Shown here: positions 36,411 to 45,804 of the stretch, in pieces
How the letters are laid out: each line of letters opens with the position of its first letter
How positions within the stretch are numbered: the stretch's first letter is position 1
NCBI GenBank assembly: GCA_021775805.1
Contig: JAJFHD010000011.1
Span: 110,887 to 174,886, forward strand
DNA: 64,000 nt
Source of the DNA: Alphaproteobacteria bacterium
Lineage (GTDB): Bacteria; Pseudomonadota; Alphaproteobacteria; Rhizobiales; JAJFHC01
Reading direction: 5' to 3'
Notes under the pieces: generated by a model
What the model saw: only the letters and a program-made list of their open reading frames with translations
Told to the model about the DNA's origin: nothing
Database searches by the model: none
Made by a program: the position numbers and the translations under genes

Positions 36411-38617
36411 GGTTCCGTTTTTTCCTTTTTGGCAGAACGTATCGCCTGCCAGATAGTCTCGCTTGTCAACGGCATTTGCAGGTCTTCGACACCGAGCGGC
36501 TGCAAGGCATCGATTGCCGCATTCAGGATGGCCGGCGGCGCGCCGATCGTGCCGGCCTCGCCAATACCCTTTGCGCCGAGCGGATTGAAGGGGGCCGGCG
36601 TCTCAATCTTGTCCAGCGTGATCGGTGGCATGTCGGTCGCCCGGGGCAGGGCATAGTCCATCAGCGAGCCGGTCACAAGCTGGCCCTGGTCGTCGTAGAC
36701 GATGCGCTCCATCATGGCCTCGCCAAGACCCTGGGCAATGCCGCCGACAATCTGGCCTTCCGCCAGCATCGGGTTCACGATGACGCCGGCGTCGTCCACG
36801 CACCAGATATGTTCAACCACAAGAACGCCGGTTTCAACATCGATGCTGACGACGGCAATGTAACATCCAAACCCCCAGGCCTCGGAAGATGTTTCAAAGA
36901 TGGCGCTACCCTCAAGCGGCGCCGAGAGGCTTTCGGCGATGCCGGTCCAGGAGTTGCCGACATCTGCCCGGCCGATCAGATCGTTTGCGGCGGCATGAAC
37001 CGCACTGCCGCCGATTGCTGTGCTGCGGCTGGCCAGCGCGCCGATTCCGGCCGGGCAGGTCTGGGTGTCCCCATGCAACACCGTTATGACGTCCGGGGTG
37101 ACGCCGAGCACATCTGCTGCGATCTGGGCGTAGGCGGTTTCGCGGGCCTGGCCCTGCGCGCTCGATCCGGTCATGAGGGTGAACCGGCCGTCATTTTCCA
37201 GCCGGATGCGCGCACTTTCCCAGCCTCTGCCGCTCGGCTCGACATAGCAGGATACACCGATACCGACATGCTCGCCCCGTGCCCGCCGGTCAGCCTGTTC
37301 GCGGCGCAGTTGTTCGTAGCCACTCAGGGCACAGGCCTTGTCCAGGGTTTCGATATAGCGGCCTGAATCGAGCTTGACATCGTCGCTTCGTTTGAGCGGG
37401 AACCGGTGGCTGGCCACCAGATTCCGTCGCCGGAAAGCCACCGGATCGAGGTTGCAGGCGCGGGCTGCCTTGTCGACCAGGCGTTCCATGAGCATGGCGG
37501 CTTCGGGCCGGCCGGCGCCACGATAAATACCGACCGGGCCTGTGTTCGACAGATGTGCGCTGGTCGACGAGGAGACGATGTCGACATCATAGGGCCCGGG
37601 CAGGATGCGGCCTGCGTTCCAGGCCGGCACTGCCGCGCTGAAGGGCAACCAGTGCCCCAGGGGTGTCTCGACAGATGCCCGGAGGGCGTCAATGTATCCG
37701 GTCGAGGAGAATGCCAGCTGTCCCTGCGCCTCGCCGCCGCGTCCATGGGTGGCGGCAAGCAGATCCTCGCTGCGCGAGGATATCCATTTTACGGATCGCT
37801 TGAGCTTGAAGGCAGCCCAGGCCACAAGAATGTCCTCGGGGTACAAAGACGCCTTCATGCCGAACGCGCCACCGACATCACAGGCTGTCACCCTGATCCG
37901 GTGTTTCTCGATGCCGATGATATGCGACAGGTCATCGCGGGCGCGGTGCGGGGTCTGGGTTGAAAGCCGGATATGCAGGGTGGCCTCAGCCGCGTGCCAG
38001 GACGCATGGATGCCGCGGGGCTCGAGCGGGTTTGGGGCGAGGCGCGGGTGGCGGAGCGATACGGAAACGATGTAATCGGCGTTCTCGAACACCGACCGGT
38101 TCCGGCCGGTTGTCCAGCTTTGTTCGAGAACTTTATTGTCGGGGACGGAGTCAAACAGATCCCCGGCGCCTGCGGATCCGACCAGGCCCAGCACGGGCTC
38201 GAGGGGGGCGTAACCGACCACTACGGTTTCGGCGGCATCCGCTGCCATCGCACGGGTGCGGGCCAGAACCGCTGCCACCGGTTGCCCGACGGCAAACACT
38301 TTTTGCCGGGCCAGAATTAGTGTATCCGGGCATGCCATGGCGTCAAAAATTTCGTTCACACCGGGGCCCTTCAGACGGTGCACATCATCGCCTGTGATGA
38401 CCTTGACGACGTCTGGATGTGATTGGGCCGTTGAAACATCCATGCTTGTGATGCGCGCGTAAGCGTGAGGACTCCTGACGAAGGCGACATGAACGCACTC
38501 TTCATCGGTGATGTCGTCGGCAAAGCGGCCCTGCCCAAGGACGAGACGTCCGTCCTCGCGCCGGATCTGGCCCATGCCAATCCAGCGCGGTATCGTGTCG
38601 TCCCTTTTCTCGGTCAT
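36407..38617 (-). CDS. Xanthine dehydrogenase-family molybdopterin large subunit (CoxL form II-like)
   Basis: RREDGRL, RSPHAYARI, DVGGAFGMK, IYRGAGRPE, GQIVGGIAQGLG, GAKGIGE. Confidence 0.92.
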   Translation of the reverse strand: MTEKRDDTIPRWIGMGQIRREDGRLVLGQGRFADDITDEECVHVAFVRSPHAYARITSMDVSTAQSHPDVVKVITGDDVHRLKGPGVNEIFDAMACPDTLILARQKVFAVGQPVAAVLARTRAMAADAAETVVVGYAPLEPVLGLVGSAGAGDLFDSVPDNKVLEQSWTTGRNRSVFENADYIVSVSLRHPRLAPNPLEPRGIHASWHAAEATLHIRLSTQTPHRARDDLSHIIGIEKHRIRVTACDVGGAFGMKASLYPEDILVAWAAFKLKRSVKWISSRSEDLLAATHGRGGEAQGQLAFSSTGYIDALRASVETPLGHWLPFSAAVPAWNAGRILPGPYDVDIVSSSTSAHLSNTGPVGIYRGAGRPEAAMLMERLVDKAARACNLDPVAFRRRNLVASHRFPLKRSDDVKLDSGRYIETLDKACALSGYEQLRREQADRRARGEHVGIGVSCYVEPSGRGWESARIRLENDGRFTLMTGSSAQGQARETAYAQIAADVLGVTPDVITVLHGDTQTCPAGIGALASRSTAIGGSAVHAAANDLIGRADVGNSWTGIAESLSAPLEGSAIFETSSEAWGFGCYIAVVSIDVETGVLVVEHIWCVDDAGVIVNPMLAEGQIVGGIAQGLGEAMMERIVYDDQGQLVTGSLMDYALPRATDMPPITLDKIETPAPFNPLGAKGIGEAGTIGAPPAILNAAIDALQPLGVEDLQMPLTSETIWQAIRSAKKEKTEP

Positions 38618-38847
38618 CGACGGAACTGGCTATCCTTGAAGTTTGGCGACAGGGACCGGGACGGTCAAAACGGCTCGGAGCTCAGCGTAGGGGACCATTT
38701 TCCGACAATATCTACGACAGCTCAATAAAAATGGCGGCAAGCCGATATGGTGAAATTGCATACCGTGGGCGGGCCGTCGCGTTGTTATAAGAACTCAGGC
38801 AGGCCGGTGGGGCCTGTTACGGGCAATCGGACGTGAAAGGGTAGGGA

Positions 38848-39645
38848 ATGTTGAGACTTGCAATCGTTGGACACGGAGCGATCGCCCGGTATGTGGCGCG
38901 GGCCCTGAAGAATGACCCTTCGGTCCGGATTGCCTATGTGCTGTGTCGGGACGGCCGCGAGCCGGCCGCCCGCGATGCGATCGGCGGCGCAGTGGAGGCT
39001 GTGACCTCGGTCAGCCAGATCACCGGTGATGTTGACGTGGCGGTGGAATGCGCGGGCCACGGAGGTTTGATTGCCCATGGGCCCGGATTTCTGGAACAAG
39101 GTGTCGATGTCATCACGGTGTCGGTCGGCGCGCTCGCCGATCCTGCCGTTGCCGACATCCTCACCGATGCCGCCAAGCGCGGCAACGCCCGCCTGGAACT
39201 CGTGCCGGGTGCCCTGGGCGGCATCGATGCTCTGGCCGGGGCGCGTTGGGGCGGTCTTGACTCGGTGACTTATGAAGGGCGTAAACCGCCGTTGAGCTGG
39301 GTTGGAACGCCAGCCGAAGACCAGACCGATCTTGCCTCGCTTACGGAAGCGTTCGAGCATTTCAACGGATCTGCGCGGGATGCCGCGACGCGCTATCCCA
39401 AGAACGCAAACGTGGCTGCTGCTGTGGCCATCGCCGGACTCGGACTGGATGACACCATGGTTAGACTGATTGCCGATCCGTCGGTGAAGGGCAACCAGCA
39501 TGTGGTGATCGCCGAGGGTACCTTTGGCCGGTTTCGGTTTGAGATCGAAGGCAAGGCCCTGCCGGAGAACCCACGCACGTCGGCCCTGGCTGCTATGAGC
39601 CTGCTGCGGGCGATCGGCAACCGGGGATCCGGGATTGCTACGTGA
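38848..39645 (+). CDS. nadX: L-aspartate dehydrogenase (NadX) family
   Basis: VG.GAI, ECAGH, SVGALAD, GALGGIDAL, RKPP, YPKNANVAA, NPRTS.LAA. Confidence 0.88.
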   Translation: MLRLAIVGHGAIARYVARALKNDPSVRIAYVLCRDGREPAARDAIGGAVEAVTSVSQITGDVDVAVECAGHGGLIAHGPGFLEQGVDVITVSVGALADPAVADILTDAAKRGNARLELVPGALGGIDALAGARWGGLDSVTYEGRKPPLSWVGTPAEDQTDLASLTEAFEHFNGSARDAATRYPKNANVAAAVAIAGLGLDDTMVRLIADPSVKGNQHVVIAEGTFGRFRFEIEGKALPENPRTSALAAMSLLRAIGNRGSGIAT

Positions 39646-39665
39646 AGTGGAACCCGCTTGGAGAG

Positions 39666-40637
39666 TTACAGTATGCCCTGGGCAACCATGTCGGAGGCAG
39701 TTTTGCGCAGGCATGCCAGGAAGGCCTGTGCGGCGGGTGACAAGCCTTCCTCGCTGCGCAGGCAGACGCCGACGGGCTGTGATGTATCGCTGACTTCAAT
39801 CGGCAGTACTCTGAGCAGTCCGCGTTCAATGTCATCCTGCACGACGTGGTAAGGCCAGACACCGATCATGTCGGTGTTCACGATGAGATACCGATTGGTC
39901 AGATAGGAAATCGATTCCAGCGGATTTGCCGGAGGCGCTACGCCCTGGTCGTGAAACAGCTTGTCGATCTGGCGCCGTAACGTTGTGTCGGGAGGCGGCA
40001 ATATCCACTCCCGTGCGCTCAAAATCGCCTCAGGCGTTACAGCGTCCTGTTTGGCCAGCGTGTGCCCGGAACGGGCAACCACGCACATTGGCTCATCGTA
40101 GAGGGGCTCCTGCACAAGATCCTGTCGGTAGCGATATTGCGGCAGCCGTCCGACGACCAGATCCAGCTTGCCGTCATGCAATGCCGGAATCAGCCGCTCG
40201 TTGGTACCTTCCGTGACGGCAATTGAAACGTTGGGCCGTTGTTCGCGGATTCGGGCAATGGTGGCGGGGAGAATTATCGCGGAAGCAGCCAGCAGAGTGC
40301 CGACGACAATACGGCCGCCGGTGCCTTCCACGAGGTCGTCGAGTTCCTGGGCCGCATGGGACAACTGAGCCAGAACCAATCTGCCGTGGCGGATGAGGGC
40401 GGTTCCGTAGCTGGTGGGAAAGGCCCCGCGATTGGTGCGTTCGAATAAGGTGACCCCAAGGTCGATTTCCAGATCCTGTAGAAGCTTGGTGGCCGTCGGC
40501 TGGGAGATACTGAGTACCTTTGCCGCATGCAGCAGGCTGGCATGATCGCAGATGGCAATCACCAGGCGAAGCTGCTTGAGCTTCATCCGGGTAAGTATTC
40601 GGTCGGAGATTTCGATTCCTGATCGTGTGCCGGACAT
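39666..40637 (-). CDS. LysR-family transcriptional regulator
   Basis: LKQLRL...SLLHAA..L.ISQP..TK.LQDLE..LG..LFER, LDLVVGRL. Confidence 0.94.
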   Translation of the reverse strand: MSGTRSGIEISDRILTRMKLKQLRLVIAICDHASLLHAAKVLSISQPTATKLLQDLEIDLGVTLFERTNRGAFPTSYGTALIRHGRLVLAQLSHAAQELDDLVEGTGGRIVVGTLLAASAIILPATIARIREQRPNVSIAVTEGTNERLIPALHDGKLDLVVGRLPQYRYRQDLVQEPLYDEPMCVVARSGHTLAKQDAVTPEAILSAREWILPPPDTTLRRQIDKLFHDQGVAPPANPLESISYLTNRYLIVNTDMIGVWPYHVVQDDIERGLLRVLPIEVSDTSQPVGVCLRSEEGLSPAAQAFLACLRKTASDMVAQGIL

Positions 40638-40786
40638 GGTTTCGATATGCTATAAAGATATATCTGTGTCGATATTTTTATGATTTTTCTATATCGAAGA
40701 TGAGCAACGTGCGGATGGACGTAATCACGCGCTTTCCATCACAGCATTCGCAAACAAGCATTCGTCTGGACGTGCCTGTGCGGAGG

Positions 40787-42334
40787 CTACTGGCACTGAT
40801 TGTTGGCCTTCAACGTCCGGTACTGATAACCGCAGACCCGTCTGAGTTTGAGGTCGTTTTGTCTCCAGCACTTGCCGCAACCCGTGCCGACGGTCTTGCT
40901 CGACTGCTTCTTGCGGGGCTTCTGTCTTTTTTTGAGTTTGGTTTTCGCCCGGCTCTTTTGCTTTGTTGTTGGACTGGCCGTCTCAGGCTCGGTGATCCGG
41001 CCGGCGTGCGCCAACACGGCGTTGCGGCTACCGGGGCCCCATTTCCCGTCGATCCGGGCGCGGTATAGCCCCAGCGCCTTGAGGCGCTGCTGGACTGCCT
41101 TGAGGAAATCCGGATCCGTCCGGGTATCCGTCCGGGTCAATGCCTCTATGGCCGGTTCATGGTTCAAAGCGACGGCATCGAGGATATGGATCGATGCCTC
41201 CGTCCAGCTTCGGCCCACACCCAGGCCACGGTAATACAAGGTGCCAAGACGGTACTTCGCCGCCGCGTGGCCTCGATTGGCGGCCTCGCGGTACCAGTGT
41301 GCCGCCTTCAGATAGCTCTGGACGACGTCGTCGCCGATCTCGTAACGGCGGCCCAATGCCGTCATCTGCGATGCCGTCTCCGGCGCCGAACCCTCGGTGA
41401 GGGCGGCGTGCTGCGTTGATTTTGCCGGCTGGTCTACCGGTTCCTCCAGCGCGAAGCTTTCATTGGTGGCCGCCCGCTGTGTCGATTGCGACAACAGGTC
41501 TTCAGAGGTGGTCGGCGCCAGGGCCGCCAATTCCAACTTCTTGGGCTTTTCTGACTTGGCGACCAGCGTTTCCTTACCATTGGTGGCTTCCGGCACGAAA
41601 TAGAAATCGCCGCGCAATGAAGACTCTTCCCAAGGTGTCTGGGCACCACCGGTCACTTCTTCCACGACGACCCGGACCCGCTTGAAAACATGTTCGACTG
41701 CAAGCCCAGGCAGCAGAATCGTCTCGGCCAAAGCTGTCGTAAACGGCGAGTTGCCGCCCCGACCGTCAAACGCGACCTGACCCGGTGCTGCGGAAAACGC
41801 GATCAAGGATCCGGAAACCGCCGTGATCCGGGCGAGGCCACGCCGATCCGAACGGGTTACGCCCTTGAGCGGGTTGTTGCGGCAGGCATCGAGGATGACA
41901 ATGTTCAGCCCGTTGCCTGCAGTTTCCATCTGACGCAATACATCGGAGGCACTGATTGCTTCAAGGTCGAGATCGGCTTCGTCGTCAATCTGTGCCGCCA
42001 GAGGGATGAGGTAGTTGACGCCCTGTGCCTGAATGCCATGACCGGCAAAGTAGAACAGGCCGACCGCATCCTTGCCGGCCCGTCTCAGGGCCCTGCCGAA
42101 TTTCTTGACGGCGCGGCCCATCTCGCGGCGGTCGACGTCGATCGCGGCGACAACTTCAAAACCGACCTCATTCAATGTCGAGGCAATCAAAAGGGCATCA
42201 TTTTTGGGATTGCTCAAACGCGAGATCGACTCGTAGTCCGAGTTGCCGATAACCAGAGCGACGCGCTTCGCGGCATGGGCAATGCTGACCGAAGCAATCA
42301 AAATCGCCAGGCTGAGAATGATCCTCAAGTTCAC
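40787..42334 (-). CDS. Secreted caspase-like (C14) protein with Sel1 repeats and a peptidoglycan-binding-like domain
   Basis: Signal peptide, KRVALVIGNS, YFAGHG, ILDACRNNP, QTPW. Sel1-like LGRRYEIG..AAHWYREAA..G..AKYRLG.LY..G.GV. PG_binding-like VQQRLKALG.Y...IDG.WGP.S..A. GTG start at 42334. Confidence 0.88.
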   Translation of the reverse strand: MNLRIILSLAILIASVSIAHAAKRVALVIGNSDYESISRLSNPKNDALLIASTLNEVGFEVVAAIDVDRREMGRAVKKFGRALRRAGKDAVGLFYFAGHGIQAQGVNYLIPLAAQIDDEADLDLEAISASDVLRQMETAGNGLNIVILDACRNNPLKGVTRSDRRGLARITAVSGSLIAFSAAPGQVAFDGRGGNSPFTTALAETILLPGLAVEHVFKRVRVVVEEVTGGAQTPWEESSLRGDFYFVPEATNGKETLVAKSEKPKKLELAALAPTTSEDLLSQSTQRAATNESFALEEPVDQPAKSTQHAALTEGSAPETASQMTALGRRYEIGDDVVQSYLKAAHWYREAANRGHAAAKYRLGTLYYRGLGVGRSWTEASIHILDAVALNHEPAIEALTRTDTRTDPDFLKAVQQRLKALGLYRARIDGKWGPGSRNAVLAHAGRITEPETASPTTKQKSRAKTKLKKRQKPRKKQSSKTVGTGCGKCWRQNDLKLRRVCGYQYRTLKANNQCQ

Positions 42335-42423
42335 CGTCTTACGCCAAATTTGCCGAGAGCTTTGCGTGCAATTTGTAATCACGTTCACATAATGGCACAT
42401 AATCGATAACAACCAAAATTCGC

Positions 42424-43437
42424 ATGTCGTTTCAACTCGGCATCCTGCAGGCAAATCTGACACACATGTTCGATCGAGCAATCTTCTGGCTGGTAAACGT
42501 TTCTGCTTATCTCCGGCACTTTCGCAACATCATGCTGTTCAGGCGCGCGGTCGGCTATTTCCCCAACGTCGCTGTGCCCAGGCGGTACAATGAAAAAATG
42601 TTGTGGCGGAAGATCTTTGATCATAATCCGCTGTTCGTGACGTTCTCCGACAAACTGGCTACCAAAAAACTCTGGGCTGACCGGCGCCCGGATTTAGCTA
42701 CGGCGGCAGTTCTTTGGACCGGCTGTGACGCCGCGCACATTCCGGGTGATCTGTTCAAGCGGCCCGTGGTGATCAAGGCAAATCACGGCTCCGGTATGAA
42801 CACAGCGATCGACGATTTGCATGACCCCCAATCGCTGCCGGTGGATCGCATCAACAGTTGGCTGGACTGGGACTTTGGGAAACATCAGTTTGAGTGGGCG
42901 TACGAACAGGTCGACAGGCGACTTTTCTTGGAAGAGCTCATTGCTTGTTCGAAGGAATTTCCGGTCATTGATATTTCGATTCACGCCTGCGACGGTCATG
43001 GCGTGTTCGTGGAGGTGATCTGTGCAAACAAGACAGATGACCAACAAAAGGCCTATTTCAAAACGGACGGGACACGTTGGAGGGAAATTGAGAGAAGCAG
43101 TATCGATGGCGATGACGATTCAAGTTTACCCGAGACGTTTTCGATACCCGCAAACTATCGGAAGGCTCTGGATCACGTACGCGATCTGAGTTCCGGTATA
43201 GACTACGCGCGGTTCGATTTTCTGTCGGTTGCGGACCGTCTATTCGGCGGGGAAATCACTGTCTATCCGAATTCCGGCCTGACACCGCACGCTCCGTTTA
43301 TCACGTACAACAAATATCTCACCGAACACTGGGATTTGTTAAAGTCATGGTTTCTGACCCGCCGGCAGCCTTGGATGATTCAAGTCTATGCCAGCGCTTT
43401 GCGCCGGCAGTTGGCTCGGGAAACCGGACGACATTGA
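42424..43437 (+). CDS. TupA-like ATP-grasp amidoligase
   Basis: P..YNEKMLWRK..D......SDK, VIKANHGSG, FLEELI, YARFDFL....FGGEITVYPNSG. Confidence 0.85.
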   Translation: MSFQLGILQANLTHMFDRAIFWLVNVSAYLRHFRNIMLFRRAVGYFPNVAVPRRYNEKMLWRKIFDHNPLFVTFSDKLATKKLWADRRPDLATAAVLWTGCDAAHIPGDLFKRPVVIKANHGSGMNTAIDDLHDPQSLPVDRINSWLDWDFGKHQFEWAYEQVDRRLFLEELIACSKEFPVIDISIHACDGHGVFVEVICANKTDDQQKAYFKTDGTRWREIERSSIDGDDDSSLPETFSIPANYRKALDHVRDLSSGIDYARFDFLSVADRLFGGEITVYPNSGLTPHAPFITYNKYLTEHWDLLKSWFLTRRQPWMIQVYASALRRQLARETGRH

Positions 43438-43472
43438 ACAGGGTGTCAAACGTGGCCGACAGTGATCCATCC

Positions 43473-44636
43473 ATGAGACGCCGACTGGTCATTGGCCAGG
43501 TTTGTCACGGCAGCCTGGGGGGCAGTTCGCGGGTGGCCTGCCGGCTTGCCAACGCCCTTGCCCGGCGGCGCCACCGTGTTCACGTTTTTTCTCGCGAGAT
43601 CCTGCCCTGGGCAATGGGCCCGGATGTCCATCAACATGCCTGCCCGAACATGACGCCCTGTGACCCCGGTTCTCTTTGCCTCGACTGGCCAGAAGGCGAC
43701 CGGACTGCCTTTGCGCACATGCTGACAGTATGGCTGACGCGCGAGCGCTTCGACGTTCTGCATTTTCATTACGTTCACCCGTTTGCCGGAATCGTCCGCC
43801 AGGTTGCGGAAAGCCTGGGCGATCGTGCGCCGGTTCTGGTCGGGACACTCCATGGCACCGATCTTACCCAATGCCTTGACAACACCGCTGAGCTTGCGTT
43901 GCTGAGCCGCGATCTTGCCGCAATCGACGAACTGACGACCGTGTCGGAACACATGCAGACGCTGTCCATGCGACTGATGCGGCAGAATCGGGCTGTCCGC
44001 GTGATGCCGAATTTCATTGAGGACACGTGGCCGCAACCGGTTCGACGATCCACTCAGCTAGCGCCAACCCGTCAGAAACCAGGATTTCTTCATGTCTCGA
44101 ATTTCCGGGCGGTCAAGGATGTCGAGTTGCTGGCAAGGCTGTTTCTGCAGATATATCAGCAGACAGATGCCGAACTCTGGCTTGTGGGGGACGGCCCGGG
44201 CTTGCCGGCGTTAAGGCGGTCGTTCGACCGATCACCCGCCAAGGCGGCCGTTCGTTATCACGGTGCGATTGCGGACCCGGCACCGTATTTCGAACAGGCC
44301 ACGGCTCTGTTGTCGACCAGCCGCCAGGAGAGTTTCGGTCTGGCGGTACTTGAAGCGATGGCAAGCGGGACCGTCGCGGTGGCAACCGCAGTAGGCGGTG
44401 TACCGGAACTGGTCGAGGACGATGTCACGGGCATTCTCTTTCATCCAATCGACCTGGATGTGACGGTTGCACGGATATTATCTCTGCTGGACACGCCGGC
44501 CGAACTGGAAGCCATGCGCGCCCGTGCCTTCCAGCGGACAGAGCGGTTGCGGGAGGCGCAGGTGATTGGCCTCTACGAGGATCTTTACCTGCGAACCGCC
44601 CGAAGCCCGGCCGACCAACTGGGCGCTATAGCCTGA
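43473..44636 (+). CDS. BshA-like GT4 glycosyltransferase (N-acetyl-alpha-D-glucosaminyl L-malate synthase-like)
   Basis: IGQVCHGSLGGS, DVLHFHY..P, TLHGTDLT, HVSNFRAVK, ESFGLAVLEAMASG match BshA signatures. An alternative GTG start lies at 43452. Confidence 0.8.
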   Translation: MRRRLVIGQVCHGSLGGSSRVACRLANALARRRHRVHVFSREILPWAMGPDVHQHACPNMTPCDPGSLCLDWPEGDRTAFAHMLTVWLTRERFDVLHFHYVHPFAGIVRQVAESLGDRAPVLVGTLHGTDLTQCLDNTAELALLSRDLAAIDELTTVSEHMQTLSMRLMRQNRAVRVMPNFIEDTWPQPVRRSTQLAPTRQKPGFLHVSNFRAVKDVELLARLFLQIYQQTDAELWLVGDGPGLPALRRSFDRSPAKAAVRYHGAIADPAPYFEQATALLSTSRQESFGLAVLEAMASGTVAVATAVGGVPELVEDDVTGILFHPIDLDVTVARILSLLDTPAELEAMRARAFQRTERLREAQVIGLYEDLYLRTARSPADQLGAIA

Positions 44637-45769
44637 TGCGCGCCCTGATTGACCTGCAGGCGTCCCGCGCGGGCAGGCTTTTGCTTGAAGACTCGATGAT
44701 CTTTGACGATCCGTCAGCGCTTCTGGCATGCCTTCGAGCACCGCGTCGCGATACCGGCACTCAAGGCGGTCCCAACAACCGGCCTGTGTATGTCCACCAG
44801 CAGGCCTATCTCGACTACAGGTCGTCGGTGGTCGCAAAAATGTTGGCTTTGCGTGGTCTTCATGACCGGTCGATGGATGTACAGGCTGACTTCATCTGGA
44901 TCGATACCGACCGGGCGGGATCGGACAAACTCGGTCTGCGCCTCTATCTGCCTGGACGCCATGGCAAAGTCCCGATACGGTTTGCGCCAAGCGGTTGCGA
45001 CCGGCTTGAGTCCCGGTTTATTGCGCTGGATCCTGCTGTCGTGCGTCGCGCAATGAACCGGATGAAGCAGATGGTCCACCATTTGCCGGGCGCACGAAAG
45101 GAGTTACTTGCACGGTTTGACATATTGCGTCCGGTGCTTGAAACCGAAGGTTCCCTGACGAAACTCAGTCGTGCCCTCTCGGATTTTCTGTTTGATGAGG
45201 TCCTTTCGTTCAAACCCCGGCCGGTGCTGGTCTCCAGTCTGATCGACGCCGGCGTTTTGAATGACGTTCTGGAGAAAATCCTGAACCGGCAGCGGGCGTT
45301 CGTCGATGCCGTCAATATACGCATTCGGCACCTGCAATCGTCTGATATCGCACCTCAGTTAAAACCGCTTCCTGACGATTACCTGCCCCTTTTCATGCCC
45401 TGCCCGGCCGATGGCAGACGTCTGCGCCTGCGTCTGGAAATCGACGGAGCGACAAAACTTGCCTGCGCCACGGACAGCGCCGGGGAACAGCACAGCTTCG
45501 AGTTGGGGCGAACCGATCTTTCACTGCAAACCTTGAGCGGGCAGGTTCAATGGAGTCCCGACATTTCGTTGCCCATGCTTGTCAATTGTCATTACAGTGG
45601 CATGGTGGCTGGAAAAAGCTCCGCACTCTATATGATGGTTTTCGGCCCGGTGATGCAAAGGGTATTGGAACTGGATCCGATACCCGTTTTTGTGCCGTCC
45701 AGTTGGGATGTCTTTCCGGGTCAGTTTGACAGTCTGTTGTGCGCGTATCTGTCCGGCAATCGGATTTAG
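44636..45769 (+). CDS. Uncharacterised protein, putative divergent and shortened BshC-like ligase
   Basis: Coupled to bshA-like and upstream of bshB1-like. VYVHQQAYL......K, FIWIDTD, YLPLF and WSPDISLP..AGKSSALY are weakly colinear with the BshC motifs GQQAGL..GPLY..K, FW.A.EDHD and FS.NV..RP..AGPGE..Y. Confidence 0.5.
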   Translation: MRALIDLQASRAGRLLLEDSMIFDDPSALLACLRAPRRDTGTQGGPNNRPVYVHQQAYLDYRSSVVAKMLALRGLHDRSMDVQADFIWIDTDRAGSDKLGLRLYLPGRHGKVPIRFAPSGCDRLESRFIALDPAVVRRAMNRMKQMVHHLPGARKELLARFDILRPVLETEGSLTKLSRALSDFLFDEVLSFKPRPVLVSSLIDAGVLNDVLEKILNRQRAFVDAVNIRIRHLQSSDIAPQLKPLPDDYLPLFMPCPADGRRLRLRLEIDGATKLACATDSAGEQHSFELGRTDLSLQTLSGQVQWSPDISLPMLVNCHYSGMVAGKSSALYMMVFGPVMQRVLELDPIPVFVPSSWDVFPGQFDSLLCAYLSGNRI

Positions 45770-45804
45770 TCGGGCAACCAACGGAAAGGGACGGCTGGTT
45801 TCAG

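Noticed and set aside
36407-38617. Calling this aerobic CO dehydrogenase (coxL)
   Set aside because: The active-site loop is IYRGAGR, not the form I AYxCSFR, and no coxM, coxS or accessory genes are present.
40641-40698. AT-rich segment with TTCGATAT/ATATCGAA inverted ends upstream of LysR
   Set aside because: It is compatible with an ordinary LysR autoregulatory region and too degenerate to define a site.
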